NCBI GenBank assembly: GCA_964016885.1
Contig: OZ024749.1
Coordinates: forward strand, 6,634,001 to 6,698,000
Reading direction: 5' to 3'
DNA: 64,000 bases
Source of the DNA: Eledone cirrhosa
Taxonomy: Eukaryota
Shown one piece after another: positions 14,108-28,128 of the stretch (its first letter is position 1; each line of letters starts with the position of its first letter). The notes under the pieces are model-generated. The model saw nothing but the letters and a program-made list of their open reading frames with translations, made no database searches and had not been told where the DNA came from. The translations under genes were made by a program, and so were the position numbers.

Positions 14108-14484
14108 TTTCTACTTTTGACACAAGGCCAGCAATTAACCAATGTATTACTGGTACTTTATTTTATCGACCCCATAAGGATGAAAGCAAAGTTAACCTCG
14201 GCGGGATTTGAACTCAGTCCGTAAAGGGACGTAACTATGCTGCAAAGCATAGCGTCCGACCCTCTACCAATACTGCCAATCTACTGCCAATATATAATGG
14301 CGGTAGATTGGCAGTATAGGCAGAGGGTCAGATGCCATGCTTTGACACATAGAGTTACGGCCCTTGCCATTCTGAGTTCAAATCCCGCCGAGGCTACCTT
14401 TGCCTTTCATCCTTACGGGGTCGATAAAATAAAGTACCAGTAATGCACTGGGTAATTGCTGGCCTTGTGCCAAAAGTAGAAACA
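14108..14484. mobile_element. Head-to-head pair of Nin-like SINEs
   Basis: 14108-14289 on minus and 14299-14484 on plus, ~9-bp spacer. Confidence 0.85.
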
Positions 14485-14924
14485 ATTATTATTTAATATA
14501 TCTTAACAAAACACCTAACATGGAATTATAATACAAATTTTTTGAAGATAAATATATTTCAAAACAGTTTTGTACCCACAGAGTAGTACCACAAAGGTTA
14601 TACTATCTCCACATCATCATCACCATTTAACGTCCATTTTCCCAAACTAACATGGGTTAGACGACATGTATGTATGTGTGCATACATGTCTGTATACATA
14701 GATATAGTATAGTAATGTGAACAGGTTTATTCTGCATATATGTATATATAGAACTTATATATTCCAACAAAGTCTATCTGATACTTGGCCAATCAACTGC
14801 CCTATATATATATGTATGTGTGTGTGTGTGTGTACATATATATTTTTACATATACATACACACATACATATGATAGAAAAAAGATAGAAAAAAAGGAAAA
14901 AAAAAGAAAAAAACATAGGATATG

Positions 14925-17885
14925 TGACAATGCTCCTTACATGCAAACAAACACAAAAAAACCTCACTCCTTACCAACAAAGAGTGAAAAATAAAATAGA
15001 GATGATGTTTTGTAACAGTAGAACCAGAACTCTCCAATATAAGCTGATCACCCTCAAACAAGAATTGAGAGCTGTTAGCGAAAAACGCCGATACCTGAAG
15101 AAGGTAGATGAGAGAAAAGTGCTTAATAAAAGATTCAGATGAAACCAAACATCAGTCTATAGAGATATGAAGGGCAAAATAATAAATGTCACTGAGGCCC
15201 CATCCCAAAAAGACAGATTCCTTTTGGAGCAAAATATGGGGTGAAAAGAAAATTTTCAACCAAGATGCAGTGTGGCTAAGAGAAATCCGAAAGAACTATT
15301 GCTCCTACACTACAACAAAAACATACAAAATAAGTGAGGGTACCCTTGTGACTATGATAGGAAAACTCCAAGATAAGAAAACACCAGGAAGAGACATGAT
15401 TGTCGGCTACTGGTACAAAAAACTGATATTCTATCGGAGGTATCTTACTGACCTCTACCAACAAGTTCTTAAGGGAGATACACTTATACCAGAATGGTTG
15501 ACATTAGCACAAACATTACTGGTCCCCAAGAACAAAGACACCCACTTGGTAAAAAACTACTGACCCATTGCATGCCAGAACCTGATGTATAAGATGTATA
15601 CAGCCTGCCTGAACCTATTCCTCCAAGATCACTGTGAAAATAATAACATCATCACAGATGAACAAGCAGCTGGAAAGAAAGGGGTTTGGGGATGTGCTGA
15701 ACAACTCCTAATCAACAAAACTGCGATGTCGGAGGTGCGACAACTTAGGAGGAATATGGCTACAGTTTGGCTGGACTACAGGAAAGCTTTCGATTCTGTT
15801 CCCCACTCTTGGATGATAGAGGCCCTCCAACTTGCTAAAGTCCCAGACATTATTGTCAGAGCCATAGAGAGGCTGTCTTCTTCTTGGGCTATTATCCTAA
15901 GGTTAAAGACAGAGAGGGAGGACTCTATTTTCACTGATAAAATAAAATATTGCAGGGATATATTTCAGGGGACAGTCTCTCTATGATATTATTCATCCTG
16001 TCATTAAACCCCTTGTCCTTTCTGCTCAAGAAATGTGAGGGATACATCATTGGCTCACAGGAGGACAGAAATACGAACCTAACCCAAAATTTTTTTGTGG
16101 ACTATCTGAAACTCTATGCCAAGAACATGGATGGGATGAAGAAAAATGTTGACCTGGTTACAACATTCTCAAAGGATATAGGAATGGAGTTTGGCCAAGA
16201 TAAATGCTCATACATGACTGTAAAGCAGGGAAAAACAACAACCCTATCTAACAACATTGTCATCAATGGCCCAACTGTTTCACCGATATCTGATGAGGAC
16301 TGCTACAGATACCTGGGGATAGATGAGAACATATCCTATAATGGTATCTGTAATAAAGAACGCGTAACCAGGGAATACTACACCCGATTAAGAAAGATCT
16401 GGTCATCGGAACTCTCTGCGCAAAACAAAACAGTGGCTCACAATGTGTTTGCTGTGCCTGTCCTAACACCAACGTTTGGAATACTCAATTGGACAATAGA
16501 CGAAACCCGAGCAGTTGATGTTGGAACTCGAAAAATACTGAACAACACAGGAAACTTCCACATCAACAGTGACATAGACCGCCTTTACTTGAAATGTAAG
16601 CAGGGAGGCAGAGGCCTAACATCAGTCCAGACAACATTTGAATGTCGCATCATATCCCTCCGACAACATCTACGAACCTCGAAGCGTAGGAGCCCGTCTC
16701 TCGAGCAAGTCTATCTGCATGAAACAGATAAGATCTTGAGAGTTGGGAAGGAACTCCTCGAGAGATATTCCCAGTGTGATAATCAAAAACTCACACCCAG
16801 GGATGTTGCTCAGCAGTATCGCAGTGAATCCATGGATGAAAAACTGCATGCCTATCAGCAAAAAATCATGCATGGATATGTTGCCAGGAAACTCCAGAGT
16901 GAGAGTAATATAGATAAGGAAAGTAGTCTATCTTGGACCAACAACCGCTATATTGGCTCCCACTTTGAAGGATACGCTTTTGCAATCCAGGAACAGGAGA
17001 TTAGCACGAAATACCTGATTCACAAAAGAGATAGGGATGCAGGCAAAACACCTAGATGTGATAACAAGTGCAGACTCTGCAGAACTAACATCGAGGATAT
17101 CACCCATATCATCAGCAGCTGTCCAAAGATGTCATCGCGGTACTATCTACCTATGAGGCATGATGTAGTGACCAAAACACTGTACAATGCAGTTCGTGAA
17201 AAAGATAGCCCCGATAATAAACACATTAAAAGCTACAACAATGTGGAAGATATCCATGTACATAATATGAAAGAGTACTGGTGGAATGTTCCAGTAAAAA
17301 CCCCAATAAAATGCAGGCATAACAGACCAGATATTATGATATGGGGCAGGGAGAAGAAAACATGCACAGTAGTGGAAATTAGCTGCCCAGCAGATGCCAA
17401 TATAATATCAAAGATTAGTGAAAAGGAGAATATTTATGCAGAACTGATGAGAAATCTGCAGATACTCCACCCTGATTACACCTTCAGATGTATGCCTGTG
17501 ATTATTGGGGCACTGGGATGTGTTAGTAACTGCCTCAATACAAATCTTGAGAAGCTAGGCTTAACAGGAACAGAAAGAACACAACTAGTTAGGAAACTAC
17601 AAGTACAATTCATTAATGGAACAGTAAAAATATGTAAAACATTGCAAAAATGTTGCATCTAATAACTGCATATACACATGTACAGATACAAAGCATATAC
17701 ACATGCTCACATACAACTCAAAACATACACATCCACACATACAAGAACATCCATATCTACACATGCATGCATACATACATATCTACCTAGTTGATGTTGT
17801 GTAAATTCCAATGAGAGAATCTTGTGTCTATGTTAGAAACCGACTCTCTCTCTATCGGTAAAACTTTGTGAAATTATAAAACCAG
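14925..17885 (+). mobile_element. R4/Dong-like non-LTR retrotransposon (RT, CCHC, restriction-like endonuclease), disabled
   Basis: KTPGRD, NY*PIAC, WLDYRKAFDSVPH, QGDSLS (frameshifted), FVDYLK, QGGRGL, CRLC..EDITHIISSC, RHD, RPD..VEIS; flanked by (TACA)n-type repeats. Confidence 0.92.
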
Positions 17886-17897
17886 AAGAACATACAT

Positions 17898-17933
<36 letters not shown>

Positions 17934-18060
17934 GCACACACACACACACACACATACATACATACATACATATACCTACATATAACTGCCAATATAATAA
18001 TGTTTCACAGAATGGAACATTCTAGGATTGATAGTTAAATATGGCTACAGAAATTACCAT

Positions 18061-18091
<31 letters not shown>

Positions 18092-18104
18092 CCTAAATTA
18101 GCAT

Positions 18105-18149
<45 letters not shown>

Positions 18150-18204
18150 CCTAAATTACCATATACACACATGTATATATATATACATACCTAAATTACC
18201 ATAT

Positions 18205-18250
<46 letters not shown>

Positions 18251-18330
18251 CTAAATTACTATATACATACATAGCTAAATTACCATTTACACACCTACAT
18301 ATATATACATACCTAAATTACAATATACAC

Positions 18331-18381
<51 letters not shown>

Positions 18382-18442
18382 CATAGCTAAATTACTATAT
18401 ACACACATATATACATACCTAAATTACCATTTACATACACAT

Positions 18443-18514
<72 letters not shown>

Positions 18515-18876
18515 CTAAATTAGCAACAGAAATATGTTAAACAAATCGTATATATTTCTATATAAATGTCTCTCACAAAATTTAGTTCCAATATTCTATA
18601 TATAGCTGAAAAATGGAATGGTAAGTAATCAAATTTTATATTTTAGATTATATTATATATTTCTAATGCCCAAAAAACTCCCTCGGGGCCCTTCACTTCA
18701 TATAATGCTGTACTAATTTCCACTAGCAAAATAGCACTTATACTATTGGTGTATAAAGAGCAAAAGCACACTATGGTTGTAGAAATACATAGGGGCATGT
18801 ACGTGTGTATATATGTATGTTGGTGGGGCATGTATGTCAGGTTATGTGTATGTGTATCTATATGCACATACATATA

Positions 18877-18933
<57 letters not shown>

Positions 18934-18979
18934 GTATAGACATATATATATATCTATATGCACATACGTATCTATATGC

Positions 18980-19010
<31 letters not shown>

Positions 19011-19164
19011 AATGTATAGACATATATATATTTATATATATATATATATATATATATAAATGTATAGACATATATATATATATATATATATACATATATA
19101 TATAAATGTATAGACATTTATATATATTATATATATATATACATATATATATAAATGTATAGAC

Positions 19165-19209
<45 letters not shown>

Positions 19210-19318
19210 TATATAAATGTATAGACATATATATATATATATACATATATATATAAATGTATAGACATTTATATATATTATATATATATATACATATATA
19301 TATAAATGTATAGACATT

Positions 19319-19350
<32 letters not shown>

Positions 19351-19367
19351 TATATAAATGTATAGAC

Positions 19368-19418
<51 letters not shown>

Positions 19419-19524
19419 TATATATATATAATTATATATATATATACACACACACAGATATATATATATAATTATATATATATATATATATATGTATATA
19501 TTCACACCTTATATACACACAGTC

Positions 19525-19561
<37 letters not shown>

Positions 19562-19874
19562 TGGGACGGTGAGAGAGATAATAATGTGTACATATTTCCA
19601 TACATTAATACTAAAATATGCAAGATAAAAAATTAAATGAAAATTGATGAAAATAAAAATAAAAACCACGACAATAATTGACAAAAAAATGTATAAAATA
19701 AACAAAAGAAATAAGCTATATGCATATACATATATACATATATATGTACATGTGTATATAGATATATATATATATACATATGTATTTATATATATATATA
19801 TTTCTATGAAATAATCATTCTTCATTAGGTGGGTATATATATAACAAAAAATGACTTCATCAATATCAAGAATA

Positions 19875-20408
19875 TAATCATCACCACCACCATTACCACC
19901 ACTACTACCACTACTATCATCATGATCACCACCACAATTACCACCACCACCACCACCACTACTATCATCATTATCATCTTCAACACCATTATCACCACCA
20001 TTACCATCACCTCCTCCACCACCACCACCACCACTACTACTATCATCATCATCGTCTTCAACACCACCATCACCGCTATCACCACCACCACCACCACCAC
20101 CATCATCACCATCACCATCGTCTTCAACACCACCATCACCACTATTATCACCACCACCACCAATATCCCTATCACCATCACCACCACCACCACCACCACC
20201 ATCGTCTTCAACACCACCATCACCACTACTATCACCACCACCACCACCAATATCCCTATCACCAATACCACCACCACCACCACCACCAATATCCCTATCA
20301 CCAATACCACCACCACTACCATCACCGTCACCGCCACCACTATCACCACCACCACCACCACCACCATCACCATCATTATCCCTATCACCATCACCACCAC
20401 CACCATCA
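19875..20408. repeat. (CAC/CAT)n low-complexity tract
   Basis: Degenerate trinucleotide repeat; similar tracts at 3690-3800 and 22247-22595. Confidence 0.95.
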
Positions 20409-20494
20409 TATGTACACGTACATACATATATGTATACAGACGTACAGTAGTATGTATATATATATATATATACATGCACACATATATATATGTA

Positions 20495-20970
20495 CGTATG
20501 GATTCACCGAGCATTATAATAAATGTTCGGTGTGTTTGTAAACAAACATCCCGTATTAAGCCGTAGTGTCCAGCAACCATCGTTTCTCATTTGTTCAACA
20601 CTGACAAAGGAACGCTGTACTAGTTTCAAGCTTATTAGCTATCGTCAGCAACGTATACCTTCCTGCCAGATTGTTGAACGTATATACTTACCTTATGCAT
20701 ATTAACGGCTGAGTAGCCCAATTTTCATATCGAGTGGGTTAATCGGCCGGGTGCACCGAAAACGATAAACGGAATATGTACTACTGTTACTTAAATATAA
20801 GTATATACATACTACTGTATGTCTGTATACATATATGTATGTACGTATACATACTCATATTTAAGTAACAGCCGTACTAAGAGTGGGAAATGAAATTACG
20901 TTTCATTTTTTCCGTTTATCGTTTTCGGTGCACCCGGCCGATTAACCCACTCGATATGCAAATTGGGCTA
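20495..20970 (-). mobile_element. Penelope-type terminal repeat remnant with inverted 5' segment
   Basis: 20714-20774 is inverted at 20910-20970; HHR at 20612-20654. Confidence 0.6.
20612..20654 (-). ncRNA. Minimal type I hammerhead ribozyme
   Basis: Minus strand ACGTTG CTGACGA T AGCT-AATA-AGCT T GAAAC TA GTA CAGCGT; 6-bp helix I, palindromic helix III ACTAGT, GUA site. Confidence 0.85.
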
Positions 20971-21109
20971 ATCCGGTGATATCATCAGGTATTGGAATAT
21001 AACAAAAGAATATGTAAAAATCCATGGGTCCGAAAATATATATATATATATGTGTGTGTAAACGGTAAACAGAAATAACAACACAATTGTTACAGTATAT
21101 AATAATAAT

Positions 21110-21515
21110 TGTTTCTACTTTAGGCACAAGGCCAGCAATTACCCAGTACATTACTGGTACTTTATTTTATCAACCCCGTAAGGATGAAAGGCAAAGTTAA
21201 CCTCGGCGGGATTTGAACTCAAACCGTAAAGGGACGTATCTATGCTGGAAAGCATGGCGTCCGACCCTCTACCGATAATGTCAGTAGAAATAAATAATAA
21301 TAGAAATAAATAATAGTAGAAATAAATAAATAACTGTTTCTACTTTAGGCACAAGGCCAGCAATTACCCAATGCATTACTGGTACTTTATTTTATCCACC
21401 CCGTAAGGATGAAAGGCAAAGTCAACCTCGGCGGGATTTGAACTCAGATCGTAAAGGGACGTAACTATGCTGGAAAGCATGGCGTCCGACCCTCTACCGA
21501 TACTGCCAATCCACC
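21110..21515 (-). mobile_element. Two tandem Nin-like SINEs
   Basis: Two near-identical copies at 21110-21280 and 21336-21515. Confidence 0.85.
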
Positions 21516-21516
21516 A

Positions 21517-22015
21517 ATAGTAGAAATAAATAATAGTAGAAATAAATAATAGTAGAAATAAATAATAGTAGAAATAAATAATAGTAGAAATAAATAATAG
21601 TAGAAATATATAATAGTAGAAATAAATAATAATAGAAATAAATAATAGTAGAAATAAATAATAGTAGAAATAAATAATAGTAGAAATAAATAATAGTAGA
21701 AATAAATAATAGTAGAAATAAATAATAGTAGAAATAAATAATAATAGAAATAAATAATAGTAGAAATAAATAATAGTAGAAATAAATAATAATAGAAATA
21801 AATAATAGTAGAAATAAATAATAGTAGAAATAAATAATAGTAGAAATAAATAATAATAGAAAGAAATAATAGTAGAAATAAATAATAGTAGAAATAAATA
21901 ATAGTAGAAATAAATAATAGTAGAAATAAATAATAGTAGAAATAAATAATAGTAGAAATAAATAATAGTAGAAATAAATAATAGTAGAAATAAATAATAG
22001 TAGAAATAAATAAAT
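21517..22015. repeat. 16-bp minisatellite (TAGTAGAAATAAATAA)n
   Basis: Direct reading, about 31 units. Confidence 0.97.
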
Positions 22016-23689
22016 AGATAGATAAACTGAAGAATTCTTCTATATTTTTCTCCTGGAATTCAATATAAGAAAGTTGCTATATTAATTGCAGAGAGACTGA
22101 AGGAGGGGTGGGGGCACTGTAATTCTGTGATTTGAAAAACAAAATTGGAGATTGAAATTTTGGAGATGTTAATGGTGGGATTGGGGGAGAGTTAAGAGGA
22201 AAACTTATGTTTTTTTTTCAACTTAAATATTGAAAATTTATAGACAATCATCATCAGCATCATCATCACTATCATCATCACCATCATAATCACCATCATC
22301 TTCATCACCACCACCACCATCATCACCACCATCATCATCATCCTCATCATCACCATCACCACCATCATCATCATCATCATCATCACCACCACCATCATCA
22401 CCATCCCCATCATCATCACCATCCCCGTTCCCATCATCACCACCACCACCATCATCATCACCACCATCATCATCATCACCATCACCACCATCATCATCAT
22501 CATCACCACCATCATCATCATCACCATCCCCGTCACCATCATCCTCACCATCACCGTTCCCATATTCCCCACCACCACCATCATCATCATCAACATCCAC
22601 TGTCTGGGGTGGAATGGATTGGATGGGTTGTTATGCCCCTATGTCACTTCATATTTCGAGCTAATGTCCTCCTAAATGGTTTTATGGGTGGAGGGGGGGG
22701 GGGGGGGTCACATCTCATGTGCCAATAGAAGTTATATATATCATCATCATCATCATCATGGTGCTTTTTTTCTGTGGCACCTACACGTCCACTTTACAGT
22801 GTGGGCTGGGTGCTTTTATTTTGACGTGGCACGACCACTTTGAAGTGGAATGATAGGGACCCCAGCCCCTATCATCTCATTTCTACAGCTGAGTAAACTG
22901 GAGCAATGTGAAATAAAGTGTCTTGCTCAAGGAAACAACACATCACATATATATATATGTGTGTGTGAGTATTTATGCTTGTGTGAGAATGTGTGCATGT
23001 GAGAATGTGTGCATGTAAGCATGTGTGTGTGTGCATATATATATATATATACACCATTATGTCTCCCACCATAATAAACAGCATTCACTCAATGAATGAG
23101 AAATAACAGACACGTTGACTGTGATATTGCATGCAAGGCCCCATAACTCCCGAGGGAATTGTGGGGGGTGCCGTATTGACTTATGGCATTCGTAGCGGAT
23201 TGTTAAACCTGGCACTGCCAACCTCTTCTCCAGCTTGAAATACAGCAGATTTCTTCCAGAGAAGGCTAGAGAGAAAGTGAGAGAATGGAAGTGAGAAAGA
23301 GATATAGCAGAAGAATCGACCCCAGTACAAGACTGGTACTTTGTTTTTATTGACCTTGAATGGATGAAAAGCAAAGTTGACCTCGGCAGGATTAAAACTC
23401 GGAGAGTAGAGAACCAAAACAAACCGCTCTATTTAACATTCTATTGACTCACTATCATGTTACATATATTTAAAAAAATGCTTTTTTTTTCTATATTCAT
23501 GAACTTTCACAGCATCATCGCGATAACAAATATTTTAAGGCCATGTTCCTTGTTAAAGCAGTGGTTACTTAACCTTGAGGGCAACATGGTAAGTTTCTTA
23601 CACATTAAGGACTCCCTACTGAGGCTATATTTTACAGCCTAAATCTCTTCCTGGTAATAAAACTTTTGGTCATCTCTTATGACAAGCAT

Positions 23690-24560
23690 GATAATAAGAG
23701 TAATAATAACCCACCAGAAAATGAAGTTGAAGCAAACCCTATAATAATAGGTGCTATGGGAATGATAAACAAACACACAGACAAATACATAACCAAAACC
23801 CCAGGACTTACAAATATATACAACATACAAAAGATAACACTACAAGGTACTGTATATATATTATATAGAGTACCCCAGGACTTACAAATATATACAACAT
23901 ACAGAAGATAGCACTAATAGGTACTGTATATATATTATATAGAGTACCACAGGACTCACAAATATATACAACATACAAAAGATAGCACTACTAGGTACTG
24001 TATATATATTATATAGAGTACCACAGGACTTACAAATATATACAACATACAAAAGATAGCACTACTAGGTACTGTATATATATTATATAGAGTACCACAG
24101 GACTTACAAATATATACAACATACAAAAGATAGCACTACTAGGTACTGTATATATATTATATAGAGTACCACAGGACTTACAAATATATACAACATACAA
24201 AAGATAGCACTACTAGGTACTGTATATATATTATATAGAGTACCACAGGACTTAAAAATATATACAACATACAAAAGATAGCACTACTAGGTGCTGTATA
24301 TATATTATATAGAGTACCACAGGACTTACAAATATATACAACATACAAAAGATAGCACTACTAGGTACTGTATATATATTATATAGAGTACCACAGGATT
24401 TACAAATATATACAACATACAAAAGATAGCACTACAAGGTACTGCACACATATTACGAAAGGTACTATCAATACAATAGAAACAACATCAGCAAAAACTA
24501 CACTGCACATACCCAAGGTGCACAGAGCTGTGCTCGGTAAAGCAGTAATGATGCACAATA
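23690..24560 (+). mobile_element. 3' end of R4/Dong-like LINE with internal 74-bp tandem array (23801-24445)
   Basis: PIIIGAMGMI...PGLTNIYNIQKIALLGTAHILRKVLSIQ*; 74-bp period, ~9 units. Confidence 0.8.
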
Positions 24561-25199
24561 AATGTAATAATGGAAATAATAATAATAATGATTTCTGATT
24601 TAGGCAATTTTGGAGGAGAGGAAAGTCGATTAAATCCCAGTTCGTGACTGGTACTTTTTCGGCCCCATAAGGATGAAAGGCAAAGTTAACCTTGGCGACA
24701 TTTGAACTCAGATCATAAAGGGCCGTAACTATATGCTGTAAAGCATGGCGTCTAACCCTCTACTGATACTGCCAATAATAATAATAATGAAAATTATTGT
24801 GTACAGTGTTTAGGTGCACTACAACTTGTAGCGACCCCTAGGGTAAAAAAAGAGAATTAATTAGAGTTACTTCCCATAGGCATTATTAATAGACGAGACT
24901 TGTGTTTCTCATGTTCTTATTCGCTGCCGGCCTCGTTCTGATGAGCAGCTCTCTATACTCTTGCGACTACTTCGGAACTGAACACTACATGTACAGAGCA
25001 TATCACCTCTATCTTGCATGCCCGGATATCTATTTCTTCTTTCTTATTGAATTAGTAGTTGATTACCAGCGGTATCTTCCGGACAAGATTAAACCAATAA
25101 ACCAATACACTAAAAACTCATCAAAGGTGCATGTATCGTACATAGAATAATGTACAAATGTCAGGAAAGTGAACAGTGTATGAGTCATGATATACATAC

Positions 25200-25640
25200 A
25201 GATACATGCAAGCATGTGTATGGAGGGGAAATATCAGGTGTAGTGTTGTTGAATTTGGGGAAGAATGGAAGTTTTGAAGGATGCAGTGTTCCTACAGCTA
25301 ATATCAGATGCAGGTAGTTTGTTCCATGCTTCAGCAACTCTGAGCATGTAAAAATGTTTCCAAAGGTCATGGCAGCTGTGCTGTTTTCTGACTTTGTAAG
25401 CATGCCCACGGGTGTTAGACACGTGGAATTCAAAAAGGTGGTCAGGGTTTTTCTTGGAAAGATGGTTAATAATTTTGTGGGTGTTTACTAAGTCAGTTGC
25501 CAGATGTCAGAGCTTCAATGTATCCATGCCCAGGGAAGCAAGGTGTTCAGAGTATGGTAGATGCCTGGTGGAGGGTATTTGTTTGGTTGCATGTCTCTGA
25601 ACAGTTTCCAGGAGGTCAATATTCTGAGTAAGATATGGTG
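25200..25640 (-). mobile_element. CR1-like LINE 3' fragment
   Basis: TRGHAYKV...RVAEAWNKLP; overlaps sequence of 9262-9400. Confidence 0.85.
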
Positions 25641-26404
25641 TATCTAATCTAAACTGAATACACACAATATACCAAACTATTGGTAAACTCTTGTATTATC
25701 TTGTTACATCCTCTGTTTTTGTTTTTTACACGCAGAAATGCCCATTTGTACCGTCCTGTATTGTCCTGCACTGTCCTTAATGTCTACTTTATGTAAACCC
25801 TTGTGGTTAATAAAGAAATCATTATCTTAAAATATGATAGAAATTCAATATGCAAAAGCCAAATTCAATATTGATGCTAGTAGTAACCAATGAAGGAGTA
25901 TACCCGCAAGTTCTTAACAACTAAATAAACAGACACATCAGCGGTAGAAATTTTAATTATTTGATATTATTATTTGTGCACGATTTCCATTTTCTTCCAT
26001 CTTTCTTGAGAGATAATAAGAGCCTACAGCTACGTAGAAATGTTAGCCACCTTACGTATGGATGAGTTCAATTTGCATAAATGACTGCCACCCTACCCCT
26101 CTCCGAATTCCTGGGGTAGATGAAATGTTATAATATCACAAATCATGCAGTCTGAATATCCCAGAAGGGAATCTTCAGTAATGTAAAAACTTGTACAAAC
26201 TGTAAAACAACACCACCACCAGCTCTCTCTCTCTTCCATTCTCCTTCTCTGTCTCCTCTTTATCTCTCTGTCTCTCTCACAACCACTATCTCTTTCTCTC
26301 TATTGTGTTCTTGGTCTATAATTTCAAGTCCCACTGAGCTGAACATTGCATTTCATCCTTTCGGTTCAATCAAATAAAATACACATCAATAATTTTCCCT
26401 TCTC

Positions 26405-26645
26405 TTCTACACCCACTTATTCCTGAGAGGGTCGTGGGGACATAGTCCTCAAGCACTTGCTCCAGCAAGTCCTGTCATAAGCAACCATCTCCAAATGATC
26501 CGGCTAGATCCCCAAGCATGACCAGCCAAGCTCGTGGATGTTATCCAGCTATCTTGCTCACAGTCTACCCCTGGATCTCCTGCAAGCTGGTTTTGCCCAT
26601 AAAATCTGTCCAGCGATCCTTTCCTCTGCCCACATAAGTTGTCGT
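26405..26645 (-). mobile_element. 3' end of a second RTE-type family
   Basis: Related to 51968-52170 and 38485-38650; R..WLDNI...DR..W-type terminus. Confidence 0.6.
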
Positions 26646-27214
26646 TTTTCTCATATTTTATATATAGAAATGAATATACTAGTTATACTAGTTATGATTA
26701 AAATCACCAACTCTAACTTCATGCATTTATAACCAGCCAACCAACCAAAGCATTAGTATCACAAGGACATTTTGTTTTCTTTATTGAAAGACCACCAGGG
26801 GAACTGCACTCATTTCATCAGCCCCACCTCCCCTCACACACAAACACCCATAAAAACACAAAAATATAGAAAAAATACATGAAAGCAGATTGTGATGTAA
26901 CAGTATTTTAGAAAATTCACTAAACCAAAGGAAAAAAAACTAATACTTTTTTTTTTGTGTGTATATGTATACATATATATATCATCATCATCATCACCCT
27001 TTAACATCTTTTTTCTATATATGCATATATACATACATGTACACACATATATGCACACACACATATATATACATATGCATATATATATAGATATATATAC
27101 ATACATGTATATACATATATATATATATACACACATATATATATATGTATATATATGTATATATATATATATAAGTGTGTGTGAGTCTCCATCTCTCTAT
27201 CTCTATTTCAATCT

Positions 27215-27272
<58 letters not shown>

Positions 27273-27634
27273 ATAAATTAACGGCGGCATAGGCCGTCGT
27301 TATTCCCTGTAAATAATGTGCTCAAAGGGGAAGAGATCCTGAGCCCTTTAAAATATAATATGTTGAGACGGTAACACACCATTATTTACAGGGAATAATG
27401 ACGGCTTATGCCTCCGTTAATTTATCGTGATATTTCGCTCCTAACAACAGTCTTTCCTATCTCTGTTTGGTTGAGCACACTTCTCTGAGTGCCTTTGGGC
27501 TGCCCTTTCTAGCAGTTCGTCTCTCAGAGGCCACTGGTTCACTGCCCTTAAACACGCTGTGACTTCTCTCTCCCACGTGTAGCTGGACAGTCAATTGTAA
27601 AATTCTCTTAGTGTTGTCTGAAATGTATGGCCTT

Positions 27635-27714
27635 ACACACGCTGATGAACCGAGGCTAACCCATTTCTTTCAACAAATTTCTGGTGAAACATATCTTTGG
27701 ATTTGTACGTGTGT
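27635..27714 (+). ncRNA. Type I hammerhead ribozyme
   Basis: ACACACG CTGATGA ACC...GGT GAAACA (loop) TGTA CGTGTGT; 7-bp helix I, GUA site after 27707. Confidence 0.85.
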
Positions 27715-28128
27715 TATATAGTTATAGAGGTATTTATTTACGCTTTAATTTATATTTTTAATTATCGTGTCTATAGTCTGCCTTTCATAGGTTATAGATT
27801 CCATACACTGGTGGTTTTTTCCCTGTATTATTGATAACGCACTATATATCTCGCTCTGGTGTGTTACCTTCTCAACATATTATATTTTAAAGGGCTCAGG
27901 ATCTCTTCCCCTTTGAGCACATTATTTACAGGGAATAACGACGGCCTATGCCTCCGTTAATTTATCGTGATATTTCGCTCCTAACAACAGTCTTTCCTAT
28001 CTCTGTTTGGTTGAACACACTTCTCTGAGTGGCTTTGGGCTGCCCTTTCTAGCAGTTCGTCTCTCAGAGGCCACTGGTTCACTGCCCTTAAACACGCTGT
28101 GACTTCTCTCTCCCACGTGTAGCTGGAC

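Noticed and set aside
15950-17662. 570-aa ORF as a functional host or active RT gene
   Set aside because: It is the downstream part of a frameshifted retrotransposon ORF with a mutated catalytic motif
20968-20996. Minus-strand CTGATGA-T-ATC-ACCG-GAT-T half-hammerhead
   Set aside because: GAAA and the 3' half are absent (sequence runs into the inverted repeat); cannot be supported
19523-22600. Gly/Asp-rich, poly-Thr and poly-Val/Met ORFs resembling acidic matrix proteins or mucins
   Set aside because: All are frames of (CAC/CAT)n tracts with no unique coding flanks or clear splice context
23100-23265. Possible minus-strand exon after a pyrimidine tract and TAG
   Set aside because: Frame ambiguous, no recognisable protein, no convincing donor
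24935-24985. CTGATGA-GCA...TGC-GACTAC possible hammerhead
   Set aside because: GAAA box and cleavage triplet are not intact; at best a decayed relic
26055-26199. Possible minus-strand exon (TTTTACAG ... GTAAGG)
   Set aside because: Stops in all three frames between these signals; could only be non-coding, no further support
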